A program made the translations under genes and the position numbers. Shown here piece by piece: positions 38,744 to 51,610 of a stretch of DNA of 64,000 nt. Below the pieces are notes generated by a model. It was not told the origin of the DNA. It searched no databases and was given only the letters and a program-made list of their open reading frames with translations. Positions within the stretch are counted from its first letter, which is position 1. Every line of letters begins with the position of its first letter. This stretch comes from Macrostomum lignano. Taxonomy: Eukaryota. The stretch is taken from contig NIVC01000703.1 of NCBI GenBank assembly GCA_002269645.1, forward strand, positions 62,001-126,000, given 5' to 3'.

Positions 38744-39697
38744 CTCTCCGCCTGCCTCTCTCTCTCCAACGGCCTCTCCGCCTGCCTCTCTCTCTCTCCA
38801 ACGGCCTCTCCGCATGCCCTCTCTCTCTCCAACGGCCTCTCCGCCTGCCTCTCTCTCCGCCTGCCTCTCTCTCCGCCTGCCTCTCTCTCCGCCGGCCTCG
38901 CTCTCCGCCGGCCTCTCTCTCCGCCTGCCTCTCTCTCCGCCTGCCTCTCTCTCCGCCTGCCTCTCTCTCCGCCTGCCTCTCTCTCCGCCTGCCTCTCTCC
39001 GCCTGCCTCTCTCTCCGCCGGCCTCTCTCTCCGCCTGCCTCTCTCTCCGCCTGCCACTCTCTCCGCCTGCCTCTCTCTCCGCCGGCCTCGCTCTCCGCCT
39101 GCCTCTCTCTCCGCCTGCCTCTCTCTCCGCCGGCCTCTCTCTCCGCCTGCCTCTCTCTCCGCCTGCCTCTCTCTCCGCCTGCCTTTCTCTCCGCCGGCCT
39201 CTCTCTCCGCCGGCCTCTCTCTCCGCCTGCCTCTCTCTCCGCCTGCCTCTCTCTCCGCCTGCCTCTCTCCGCCTGCCTCTCTCTCCGCCGGCCTCTCTCT
39301 CCGCCTGCCTCTCTCTCCGCCTGCCTCTCTCTCCGCCTGCCACTCTCTCCGCCGGCCTCGCTCTCCGCCGGCCTCTCTCTCCGCCTGCCTCTCTCTCCGC
39401 CTGCCTCTCTCTCCGCCTGCCTCTCTCCGCCTGCCTCTCTCTCCGCCGGCCTCTCTCTCCGCCTGCCTCTCTCTCCGCCTGCCTCTCTCTCCGCCTGCCA
39501 CTCTCTCCGCCGGCCTCGCTCTCCGCCGGCCTCTCTCTCCGCCTGCCTCTCTCTCCGCCGGCCTCGCTCTCCGCCTGCCTCTCTCTCCGCCTGCCTTTCT
39601 CTCCGCCGGCCTCTCTCTCCGCCGGCCTCTCTCTCCGCCTGCCTCTCTCTCCGCCTGCCTCTCTCCGCCTGCCTCTCTCTCCGCCTGCCTCTCTCTC
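38744..39697. repeat. Minisatellite (ctctctctccgcctgc)n in EF-hand intron 1
   Basis: 14-16 bp variant units. Confidence 0.97.
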
Positions 39698-39738
39698 CCA
39701 TTCATTCCCTCCCCCGTTTCTCACTCACGCCCTCTCAC

Positions 39739-39972
39739 CTCAAAATCAAGATAGTTTTTCTTCCCCGCTCGAGCCCTGAAATCTCGGTAGACTTCGTCCA
39801 GCTGCTCGTCCGTCACTGCGGGAGGTTCAACGCGTGGGTGGACAACGAGTTCAGCATACGAGTTAGATAGGCCTAGAATTGCAGCCATGACAGAATCGTG
39901 ACACTTACGGCTGTAGACCTCCATGAGGAAGCGGCTCTCCTTGCTGCTCAGCTTGCTTGACGACTTCCCCAT
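39739..39972 (-). CDS. EF-hand protein exon 1; N-myristoylated NCS/calcineurin-B-like Ca sensor (about 210 aa total)
   Basis: MGKSSSKL resembles the NCS-1/hippocalcin N-terminus (MGxxxS); donor GAG|GTGAGA. Confidence 0.82.
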
Positions 39973-40446
39973 TCTGTTTCTAGAAAACTGCTTGTTTCTG
40001 CTGCTGCAAAATCTGCCTCACTTGATTGCCTCAAACTCACACTAGGGAGCTTTTTCTAAGCGGACAGTCTCTTGTATTTATACGCTGACCCTTGGAGATG
40101 CGGTCAGACCTGTCATAAACACCGTGCTTCAAACTCATTAGCAAAAAATAAGGACAGAGACAGAGAGAGAAGAAAAACACAAGAGCAGATTAGACAGCTA
40201 GTAAACAATGACCATCGTAAACACTGCGGCCTGTTGGCGCAAAAATAAAAAAACTGGGTTAAAAAACAGCTCAGGGTGGGGCCTGACAGCTCAGAGTCTG
40301 TTTACCACACTGGGCCAGGTGCGATTCACAGAGCTGGGACTGCCAGATTGAGCAGCTTCTCAATTGCTCAGCTGCGGAGGCGGCCGGCCTTGGCTGCAAA
40401 CAGCAGCAAATGAACTGACCTGAGAGGAGCTGGGAGGGGGCAGCGA

Positions 40447-41426
<980 letters not shown>

Positions 41427-41446
41427 CGGTATAGTAGTAGTAGTAG

Positions 41447-42527
41447 AGCCTCTCTCTCCGCCTGCCTCTCTCTCCGCCTGCCTCTCTCTCCGCCTGCCTC
41501 TCTCCGCCTGCCTCTCTCTCCGCCGGCCTCTCTCTCCGCCTGCCTCTCTCTCCGCCTGCCTCTCTCTCCGCCTGCCACTCTCTCCGCCGGCCTCGCTCTC
41601 CGCCGGCCTCTCTCTCCGCCTGCCTCTCTCTCCGCCGGCCTCGCTCTCCGCCTGCCTCTCTCTCCGCCTGCCTTTCTCTCCGCCGGCCTCTCTCTCCGCC
41701 GGCCTCTCTCTCCGCCTGCCTCTCTCTCCGCCTGCCTCTCTCCGCCTGCCTCTCTCTCCGCCTGCCTCTCTCTCCCATTCATTCCCTCCCCCGTTTCTCA
41801 CTCACGCCCTCTCACCTCAAAATCAAGATAGTTTTTCTTCCCCGCTCGAGCCCTGAAATCTCGGTAGACTTCGTCCAGCTGCTCGTCCGTCACTGCGGGA
41901 GGTTCAACGCGTGGGTGGACAACGAGTTCAGCATACGAGTTAGATAGGCCTAGAATTGCAGCCATGACAGAATCGTGACACTTACGGCTGTAGACCTCCA
42001 TGAGGAAGCGGCTCTCCTTGCTGCTCAGCTTGCTTGACGACTTCCCCATTCTGTTTCTAGAAAACTGCTTGTTTCTGCTGCTGCAAAATCTGCCTCACTT
42101 GATTGCCTCAAACTCACACTAGGGAGCTTTTTCTAAGCGGACAGTCTCTTGTATTTATACGCTGACCCTTGGAGATGCGGTCAGACCTGTCATAAACACC
42201 GTGCTTCAAACTCATTAGCAAAAAATAAGGACAGAGACAGAGAGAGAAGAAAAACACAAGAGCAGATTAGACAGCTAGTAAACAATGACCATCGTAAACA
42301 CTGCGGCCTGTTGGCGCAAAAATAAAAAAACTGGGTTAAAAAACAGCTCAGGGTGGGGCCTGACAGCTCAGAGTCTGTTTACCACACTGGGCCAGGTGCG
42401 ATTCACAGAGCTGGGACTGCCAGATTGAGCAGCTTCTCAATTGCTCAGCTGCGGAGGCGGCCGGCCTTGGCTGCAAACAGCAGCAAATGAACTGACCTGA
42501 GAGGAGCTGGGAGGGGGGCAGCGACAC
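41447..42527. repeat. Direct duplicate of 39370-40447 (offset 2077 bp)
   Basis: Identical unique sequence and identical minisatellite variant order; differences only at homopolymers near the CTA boundary. Confidence 0.95.
41816..42049 (-). CDS. Duplicate copy of EF-hand exon 1
   Basis: Identical MGKSSSKL...NYLDFE translation and donor. Confidence 0.7.
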
Positions 42528-43468
<941 letters not shown>

Positions 43469-44080
43469 TCAGGGCTCAGTACATGATTTTTTTCCGATTC
43501 CCAAGATGGAGATTCTGAAACCAGCCCGCAGTGTTTCTTATGCAGGAATAAATAGTCATCTGAGCCGGAAATTATTTAAACAGGGCACGTCTGGTAGTTT
43601 CTTGATAATCGCCGAGTTCAGGCTGCAGTCACTGAATCAATTAAATATTTTTCGCTTTTATTGATTTAGATCTTGCTTTTTCTTGCCGGTTGCTAAGGGC
43701 AAAAGCTGCTTAATGATTAATTTCGCAGGATTGTCAATAAGGAAACGATTCCTTAGGAAACGGCCGGCAAGGAGCGCGGAGGAAAAAGTAGAATGGCTCA
43801 AATTCATAAATATGTTTGAATAGAAGTCTAGAATGCCAGCCCTTTGAACAGGCGGGGCTGCATGCAAATAATTATAAGGAACAGCTTTTAGAGAAATACT
43901 CGGAAACTTTTCCAAACTCAGCGTGGGTATCAAGAGCAGATTTACTGCACTTCCATAAACAGCATATAAACCAAAGTAACGGTTCCGTTTGTCAACGTCC
44001 AGATTATCGATTAGAATTGAGGATTTTTGAAATTTTCATCAGTCAGCTGAGTCCGCCTCCGTCTGCGCACGGAGCCTCAG

Positions 44081-45295
44081 CTAGTGCTGCGGCCGCAGTC
44101 TACGGCGCACCAGCCCGACAGTTCGCGCACGAAGCCGGGACAGGCGGCGCCGCAGGCTGCGCCGGAAGCGGCCGTCGGCCAGGCAGTAGAGGAAGAAGTT
44201 GGCCGAGTGGTTGGCGTACATCAGCAGCTCCGTGCACGCCTGCGCCAGGTGGTAGTTGGCGTAGAATTGCGGGTCATTGTTCCTGTCCGCGCTGACTATG
44301 AATGTCAGCGAAGTCAGCACCTTCAGCACAGTGATTGGCAGCGAGGTGACGACGAAGAAGCAGGACACGAGCAGCAGCACCAGCGTCACCTGCCCGACGC
44401 TGCGGTTCAGCGCCTGCAGCAGCAGCGCGTCTGCCGAGTTGGGCGCCGCCACGGCCATCGCCGCGGAGCCGGGCGTTGCCGCAGCCAGTCGGCACCGGAC
44501 GGCGAAGCTCGAGGAGGCGTCGCTGGCCAGACGGAGGGTCCGCAGCTCCTGGCTGTTTGGGTCGCCGCCGCCACCACCGTCAAAGCCACGGGCCGCAGAG
44601 TTGCCGCGACGCGCGGCGCGCAGCTTCCTAACGATGAAGACGTTGCAGCAGAGGATAACGGCGGTGGGGATCAGGGAGTACAGGGAGCAGTCCAGCCAGG
44701 CCAGCGGCAGCTTCAGCGCCCGCAGCAGCTCCGGCCGGATGTCGCAGATCAAGTAGCTGTCGTTGCTGGGGCCCGAGGCCGAGGCGGTGGCGTTCCAGTC
44801 AAACCTGTAGACGTCCAGCAGGAAGAACCAGGGCGCGTTGATCAGCGCGCAGGCGCCAGCCAGCCCGGCCACGATGCGGCGGGCGCGGCTGACGGCGGTG
44901 CGGACGGACGGCCGCCGGTGGCGCAGCACGGAGACCCGCTCGATGGTGACGGCGGCAGTCAGCGCTACGCTCGTGTGCGTGGAGGCGGAGGAGAGGAAGT
45001 GCAGGCAGAGGCAGGAGCCGGTGCTCACCGTGGCGCAGTCCAGGCCGATGAGGGAGGACAGCCAGGAGCGCAGCAGGCCGGACAGCAGCGCCACCTGGTC
45101 GGCGGCGGCGAGGGCCAGCAGGTAATTGTGGGTGCCGCTGCGGCGGCTGCGACTGCGCAGCAGCCAGGCTGACAGGCAGTTGCCGACGCTGCCCAGCAGC
45201 AGCAGGGCGGGGCTGCCGAGCCACTGCAGCCACTTGAAGGCGCGATAGACGGCCAGCTGGTTGTAGATGGGCAGCTCGAAGCTGGCGAGAGACAT
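44081..45295 (-). CDS. Class A (rhodopsin-like) GPCR, neuropeptide-receptor type, single exon, 404 aa
   Basis: Seven hydrophobic segments; TM1 GN, TM2 LAAAD, TM3 IERV, TM5 LIP, TM6 LP, TM7 NHSANFFLYC, helix 8 FRRSL. ATG 45295 preferred. Confidence 0.93.
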   Translation of the reverse strand: MSLASFELPIYNQLAVYRAFKWLQWLGSPALLLLGSVGNCLSAWLLRSRSRRSGTHNYLLALAAADQVALLSGLLRSWLSSLIGLDCATVSTGSCLCLHFLSSASTHTSVALTAAVTIERVSVLRHRRPSVRTAVSRARRIVAGLAGACALINAPWFFLLDVYRFDWNATASASGPSNDSYLICDIRPELLRALKLPLAWLDCSLYSLIPTAVILCCNVFIVRKLRAARRGNSAARGFDGGGGGDPNSQELRTLRLASDASSSFAVRCRLAAATPGSAAMAVAAPNSADALLLQALNRSVGQVTLVLLLVSCFFVVTSLPITVLKVLTSLTFIVSADRNNDPQFYANYHLAQACTELLMYANHSANFFLYCLADGRFRRSLRRRLSRLRARTVGLVRRRLRPQH

Positions 45296-46959
45296 GCTTG
45301 GCTGGCCGGGCGGGGGTCGAGTTGCCGAGTTGCTAGGGCGATTCGGATGCAGCTCAGGCCAAGCGAATTTGTGCGGATACGCGGCGGGAAGATAATTAGC
45401 TCGCACTCTGCAGAACCAATTAAGTCCCGCAGTGCAGATCCCTGGTCCCCATTGGCGTGTCCGGGCCGGATTCAAGCCGATGCCCCCCCCCCCTCTGTCT
45501 CCCTGTGGCAGCTGACTCGCCTTCTCTTCCTCAGCGGATAAAGGGAAGCAGATTGGGGGGCAGAAGTGCAGGAGCCGGGATCTGCTTCCCTTGCTTGAGC
45601 TCAGCCCCTGTCTTTGGGGCAAAAGTCTTTCCTTATCGAAAAAACCTCAAGAAACCCCGGACGGCCTCATCAGCCGACGGGATTATGCCGGGGGCTAAAC
45701 AAGAGCTCAGCTGGCCCCCCAAACAGTTGCAGCCATTTCTCATTTCACTGCTCGGTTTCATAAATATAAATTTTTCATTGCCATTTATTTCTGTCTTACA
45801 GTCACGCCGAATTTGCACAGCGTGCGCGGCCTTCAGCATCGGGCTTGACGAGTAGCAAGGGCATCCCAGTTGAGCTGCCACTTGACAGGAGAGGCTCAGG
45901 AATCCCCTCTGACCTGCCAGCTCGAATCCGCTCGCTTTTCACCGCTCTGCCCATATTTGGTTAATAAGCCGCCTGTTGGCGGGTCAGCTTTAATCCTAAT
46001 CCCCTGATTCAGCAGGAAGAGCCGGCAGCCTGGGCTGATTAACTGCCAAGGGCATCTGCTCCAAACTGCTCCGACCTGTCCCGGCTGTGCAACTCAATTT
46101 GCTGAATCAGGTAACAGGGGCGAATTGCCGCGGTGAGCCGCCCCCCGAGGTAAACTGCAGATCTCTGGGAACTTTTCAATAACTCATTTGAATGCTCTGA
46201 AGAGTGTTAATTCATTTGGCTCGACTTAAAATTAATCTTCATGGGTCCATGAATTGGGCGCTCAGACCATGGACAACTGATGCTGAAAGACCTTCCACTC
46301 GCTTTTTTAAAAATGAGTACATTTGTCGCATCCCCAGTGCATTCAGTCTGCTCTTGAGAAATCGGATTTTTCTCAACCGGATTTGTCTATGGTGGAACCC
46401 CATTCTGCGCTGCGGAAGCAGGTTTCACCTAAAAATACATTACGAAGATAATGTAGCGAAACTTCCCAAGAGACATAGTTTCCTGTCCCTTCTACTTAAA
46501 TAGTCCTTGGCTGAATGCACTGACCTTTCAACTCATCTCTAAGAAATCAAGTATCGGGTCTTCCCCTGATCAGTTCAGGTAATTTGCACTCACGCATTTA
46601 AATGTATGGGTGGCCAGTTTTTCAAAGCAACGTACTTGATTCCATGAGACCTTTTCGTAATTTATCTGATAAATTAAAAGCTAGGACTTTTCTAGCCTTA
46701 AGGCTACTGATAGTAATATACGGGTAAATTTTTTGCTAAATTCTATAGAGCGAATTTTCGGAGCGCCACTCACCCCCTTGACTTGGGTTTTGGGCCGAGG
46801 TAGATTCACGGATGCAAGTGCTCCGCATTCTTGACACCGGGAAGGCAGAATTGCTAACTGTGGATTTCCCCTGGCAATGCCCAGCAAAGCAGCCCCGTGG
46901 AGACCGCCCTGCAGGGGGTTTCTTATGAAAGTATTTTCTTTGCTTTACTCTTATGATCA

Positions 46960-47317
46960 GTATCGAGGCTGCGATTTTGTGCCGAGGCGCTGATGGACAT
47001 GCGACAGAGCTTCCGCGTTGTCAGCAGTTCGTCTACCTCGGCGGTCTGGTTCCCGACGTCCGCGAGGATTTGCGGCGTCGCTGCGGGCTTGCCTGGGCTG
47101 CCTTTCGTTCTGTGAGGGCAGTCCTGCAATCCGAGGCCCTGCCGGACCGGACCGCCAGAGGGCGGCGTTGTTCCAGGCGGTGATTGAGACCGTCCTGCTG
47201 TACAGCGCCGAGACCTGGACGCTGACAGAGTCGCTCGAGCAACAATTCGACGTGGCGCACATTCCCGACCTGGCTTTGAAGCGCGCCCTGTGATGCTAAC
47301 TGCGTATTCTGTTGTTG
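46960..47317 (+). mobile_element. 5'-truncated, frameshifted non-LTR retrotransposon (LINE, RTE/L2-like) RT C-terminal fragment
   Basis: FVYLGG...DLRRRCGLAWAAF, then shifted LFQAVIETVLLYSAETWTL, typical of the region after LINE RT; flanked by ttatgatca direct repeats. Confidence 0.75.
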
Positions 47318-48184
47318 TTATGATCAATGCTTTATTCCACTTTTTCATGCTTATGAAAGTATTGATTAAATATGATTTAGGAATAGGAATATTCCGACAA
47401 ACTTTCTTTATGATAGTTATAGTTTTGCTTCTTTCCTACAAAAATATGAATGAATAATGCTTTATGCTGAAATGAAGAATCTTTCAAATAAATAAGTCAT
47501 GACTAACGCTAATATTTTGCATCGTACTTGCGAGCCTATAGCATGCAGCGGGCAGTGAATGTACACACTCGATACTTCAATGCTTTAAATCGGGAACTTT
47601 CAAACGCTAACTGAGACTTATATTGTTGGAATGATCATGCAAAACTGAGTTCGGGGATATAAGTTGTTTGCTTTAAATATGAAAACAATAAGCACAGCAT
47701 TAAATATAATTTCCATTATTTTAACTTCGGACACGTGTTCTGCATAAAGTGCAAATTATGGGCTTACTATGGAATGTCTGATTGCGTAATGAATTCGATT
47801 CAGAGATGGGTTGAGCACAAAAGCATAGCTCAGCGGCATAAAGTGTCTGGCGTAATTCATTTTCATATTTTCATACTTTCATAAGAAACCCCCCTGACGT
47901 CCCTGCCGCTTGGGCCCCAGCAGGGTTGCAGTTGTTAATAAGTTGTTTATTGTCTATAAATAAATAAAGTTGTTTATTTCAGTGCAATGCTGCGCTGGTT
48001 TCAGCAGCACGAGTATCTGTACAAACAAGCCAGCAGAAGTGTACATTGCCCGCACTTGCCCTCCACCCCAGCCCTAAACCTCTACCCCTCGTACGGGCCG
48101 TATTCCACGCGCCAGTTATACAATATCAGTGCACTCTTCTGCCCGCCTGCTGTTTCTCGGAAAGCTTTCTTTACAGCAGAGAGA

Positions 48185-48500
48185 ATGGCGGGCAGAGCCG
48201 CGGAGGAAGACGAAGTTCCCAGCATCGTGCTGGACAGCGGCTCAAGCAGGCTGCGCGCCGGCTTCGCTGGCGACGACTCTCCGTGCCTGACGATGCCGGC
48301 CGTGATTGGCCGGCGCGGCTCGCCGCATCAGCGGCCGGAGGTCCTCGTAGGCGACGACGCCCTGAGCACCGGGCCGGTGCCGCAGCTCGGCCTCACCCAG
48401 CCGGTGCAGCGCGGCGTTCTGGTTGACTTCGACGACGCCGAGCTGCTATGGCGGCACGCCATCGAGGCCGGCCTGCGGCGACGGAGTCAGCCACGCGGAG
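48185..48500 (+). pseudogene. Actin-related protein, exon 1, with internal deletion/frameshift at about 48474-48478
   Basis: IVLDSGSSRLRAGFAGDDSP...LLWRHAIEAGL, then in another frame CGDGVSHAE (actin GDGVTH); donor GAG|GTAGAG. Confidence 0.8.
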
Positions 48501-48548
48501 GTAGAGAGGGGCGGCGTCAGCGCGCTGTTGCAGTTTGGCTGGCAAAGC

Positions 48549-49191
48549 CTCTGGCTGACGCCCCGTAGCCTCTGGCTGACCCCCCGTAGCTTCTGGCTGA
48601 CCCGCCGTAGTCTCTGGCTGACCCCCCGTAGCCTCTGGCTGACCCCCCGTAGCCTCTGGCTGACCCCCCGTAGCCTCTGGCTGACTCCTGTAGCCTCTGG
48701 CTGACTCCTGTAGCCTCTGGCTGACTCCCGTAGCCTCTGGCTGACCCCCCGTAGCCTCTGGCTGACCCCCTGTAGCCTCTGGCTGACCCCCATAGCCTCT
48801 GGTTGACCCCCCGTAGCCTTTGGCTGACCCCCCGTAGCCTCTGGCTGATCCACCGTAGCCTCTGGCTGACCCCCCGTAGCCTCTGGCTGAGCCCCCGTAG
48901 CCTCTGGCTGAGCCCCCGTAGCCTCTGGCTGACCCCCCGTAGCCTCTGGCTGACCCCCCGTAGCCTCTGGCTGACCCCCCGTAGCCTCTGGCTGACTGCC
49001 CATAGCCTGTGGCTGACCCCTGTAGCCTCTGGCTGACCCCTGTAGCCTCTGGCTGACCCCCCATAGCCTCTGGCTGACCCCCCGTAGCCTCTGGCTGATC
49101 CCCCGTAGCCTCTGGCTGAGCCCCCCCCGTAGCCTCTGGCTGACCCCCCATAGCCTCTGGCTGACCCCCCGTAGCCTCTGGCTGACCCCCG
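48549..49191. repeat. 21-bp minisatellite (gtagcctctggctgaccccc)n in the actin-like intron
   Basis: About 30 copies. Confidence 0.97.
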
Positions 49192-49200
49192 TCCTTGCAG

Positions 49201-49830
49201 GTGATATACGAGGGCTATACAGTGGCCTGCAGCACCAGGCGGGTGGACTGCGCCGGTGGTGACGTCACCGACGCTGTCCGGGACGTCCTGCGCCGGCGCG
49301 GCTGCTGCCTGGAGACGCCGCTGGAGCGCCAGTTGGCCGCCGACCTCAAAGAGCGGCTCTTCCGGGTGAGCCGCCGCGCCGCGGATTTCGACTCGCCAGA
49401 CGGAGGCGATGATGCGGTGGAGGAGTTTGAGCTGCCCGACGGCCGCGGTCTGGTCGGGCTGAGCCGGCGGGACCGCGCCGAGCCGTGGGAGCTGCTGCTC
49501 GGCCGGAGCAGCGCGGCTCGCCTGCAGCGCCTGGTGGCCGAGGCCCTCAGCTCCGCGGACATCGACACCAGGGCGGACTTGTGGCGCAACGTGATTGTGT
49601 CCGGTGGCTCCACCATGGCTGACGGCTTCGTGGAGCGGCTGACGGCGGAGCTGACGGAGCTGGCGCCGCCCGGCCGCCACCCGGTGAAGCTGGTGGCGCC
49701 GGCCGAGCGGGATTTCGCAACCTGGATTGGCGGCTCCATCCTGGCCTCGCTGTCCACCTTCCAGGAGCGCTGGGTCAGCCGCCGGCAGTACGAGGAGTTC
49801 GGCCCGAGAGTGGTGCACATGATGAGCTAG
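49201..49830 (+). CDS. Actin-related protein, exon 2 (intact frame)
   Basis: IYEGY, ELPDG, DLWRNVIVSGGSTM, WIGGSILASLSTFQ, YEEFGP actin-fold motifs; cttgcag acceptor. Confidence 0.9.
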   Translation: MIYEGYTVACSTRRVDCAGGDVTDAVRDVLRRRGCCLETPLERQLAADLKERLFRVSRRAADFDSPDGGDDAVEEFELPDGRGLVGLSRRDRAEPWELLLGRSSAARLQRLVAEALSSADIDTRADLWRNVIVSGGSTMADGFVERLTAELTELAPPGRHPVKLVAPAERDFATWIGGSILASLSTFQERWVSRRQYEEFGPRVVHMMS

Positions 49831-50214
49831 TAACCATAAGACTCTACTGCAAACTATTTCTAATGCTCATCCGACAATGCTCAAAAAGCGCGCGCCCAGG
49901 TGCGAATGTACAGAAAAGTGCAGTAGCTCGTACACTCAAACTAGCAGAGTACATGCGGTAGTCCGCGCTCACTGCTTGAGCACCCAGTGCGCAGCTGGAG
50001 TTCTACTGCCCCCCCCCCGCTTTCCAAGTCGTCTCTTCCCGTTCTCCTCTGTCTGGCGTGCAAAGCCAGTTTGAAGCGGCGGGCAGAAGAGCGGCCCGCC
50101 GCTTGTCCCCACCCCGTGCTGGGTGCTGAGTCAGACTGGGAGCTCACGAGAGCATGTAGAAAAATGCTCTTGGGGGGGGGGGCGGCAGGCTGACCTGGCG
50201 GAGCTGCTTGTCAG

Positions 50215-50886
50215 ATGCCGTGGCCAACTATCCGACAGCTGCTCTGGAACTGCTCAGACGGCCTGGCCAGCGCCGGGCAGTCCGCCCTGACCTGCGCCTG
50301 TTTTCGCGCCGACGTGGCGCCGTCGCTGGCGAGCGCGCTGGACACCGCGCCAGACCCGGCCGGATTCCGCTGTCTTGGCGGTGGCGGCGGTGGCAACTCG
50401 ACTGGCTGGCGGGCCGACTGCGCCTTGGCCAGCAACAGCGGCGTGCCCGGCCGCTTCCACTGTCTCTGCGCCTGCGGCAGCGGCGGTGGAAGTTACTCGA
50501 CCTGCGCCGACCTGTGCAACGGCATCGGCAGCTGCTCAGCTGGGGCCGCAACGGGCGCAGGCAGCCAGCTGTGCCAGCTGTACCCGGCGGCCGTCAGCTT
50601 CACCGGACCGCTGGTTGTGGCCATCGCCGGCATTGTGCTGCTGGGCCTGACTGTGCAGCTGGCCATCCGCTTCGTGCGCTGCCCGGTCCCGCTGATCCGG
50701 GCGCGGCTCCGCTCCTGCTGGTTCGCCAGCCCGCCAGGCCGCCTGATGCGGCGGCGGCAGCGGCGCGAGGCCGCCGCTGTTGGAGCGGCCGGCACCTCTG
50801 CAGCGAGCGGGCCCAATGAGCGGCGGCCGCTGGAGGAGGTGGCCGAGGCCGAGGGCCTTGAGGCGCAGGCGGACAGCTCGGTGTGA
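50215..50886 (+). CDS. Cys-rich single-pass membrane protein of unknown family (223 aa, possibly lacking a 5' exon)
   Basis: About 10 Cys in the N-terminal part, TM PLVVAIAGIVLLGLTVQLAI, basic tail; acceptor gtcag directly before ATG. Confidence 0.7.
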   Translation: MPWPTIRQLLWNCSDGLASAGQSALTCACFRADVAPSLASALDTAPDPAGFRCLGGGGGGNSTGWRADCALASNSGVPGRFHCLCACGSGGGSYSTCADLCNGIGSCSAGAATGAGSQLCQLYPAAVSFTGPLVVAIAGIVLLGLTVQLAIRFVRCPVPLIRARLRSCWFASPPGRLMRRRQRREAAAVGAAGTSAASGPNERRPLEEVAEAEGLEAQADSSV

Positions 50887-51264
50887 ACAGCACCCATGGG
50901 TACAGTTGCAACAGCTATGCAACAATGTCCAATAGAAACGGCCAATGCGTTTTTTTAAATCTCGAGTAAATACAATTTTGCCTTACGCATGTTTAAATCG
51001 GACTTCTCTCGACTTGAAAGTTTTTAATTAAGTATAGTAACAGAGTTGTATAATAACAGAGGCTGAGTGTACATGCAAATCGATAACTAGACTCAAGGTA
51101 AAAAAGTGTACATAACCACCCCAGCGCAGGAGAACCCCAAACAGCTAACACAGAACTCGCACCGCTCCTAACACGAACGCAGAATAAAACTATGTTGAAA
51201 AGTCAAACAAAAAGTTCACTCCGGGCTATAAAATCAGAAGGCCTCTGCCATATTACTGCTAACA

Positions 51265-51610
51265 ATTCCCTGCTGATGCTGATAACTCCCTGCTGATGCT
51301 GAATCTCCATGCTGATGCTGACATCTCCATGCTGATGCTGACATCTCCCTGCTGCTGCTGACATCTCCCTGTTGATGCTGACATCTCCCTCCTGATACTG
51401 ACATCTCCCTGCTGGTGCTGACATCTTCTGCTGATGCTGACATCTCCAAGCTCCTGCTGACATCTCCCTGTTGATGCTGACATCTCCCTACTGATGCTGA
51501 CATCTCCCTCCTGATGCTGATACCTCCCTGCTGATGCTCGCATCTCTATGATGATGCTGACATCTCCCTCTCGAAGCTAACATCTTTATGATGATGCTGA
51601 CATCTTTAAG
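51265..51610. repeat. 20-bp minisatellite (tgctgatgctgacatctccc)
   Basis: Direct reading. Confidence 0.92.

Noticed and set aside
48185-49830. Conventional actin
   Set aside because: Too divergent (D-loop, H73, C-terminus); an actin-related protein at best.
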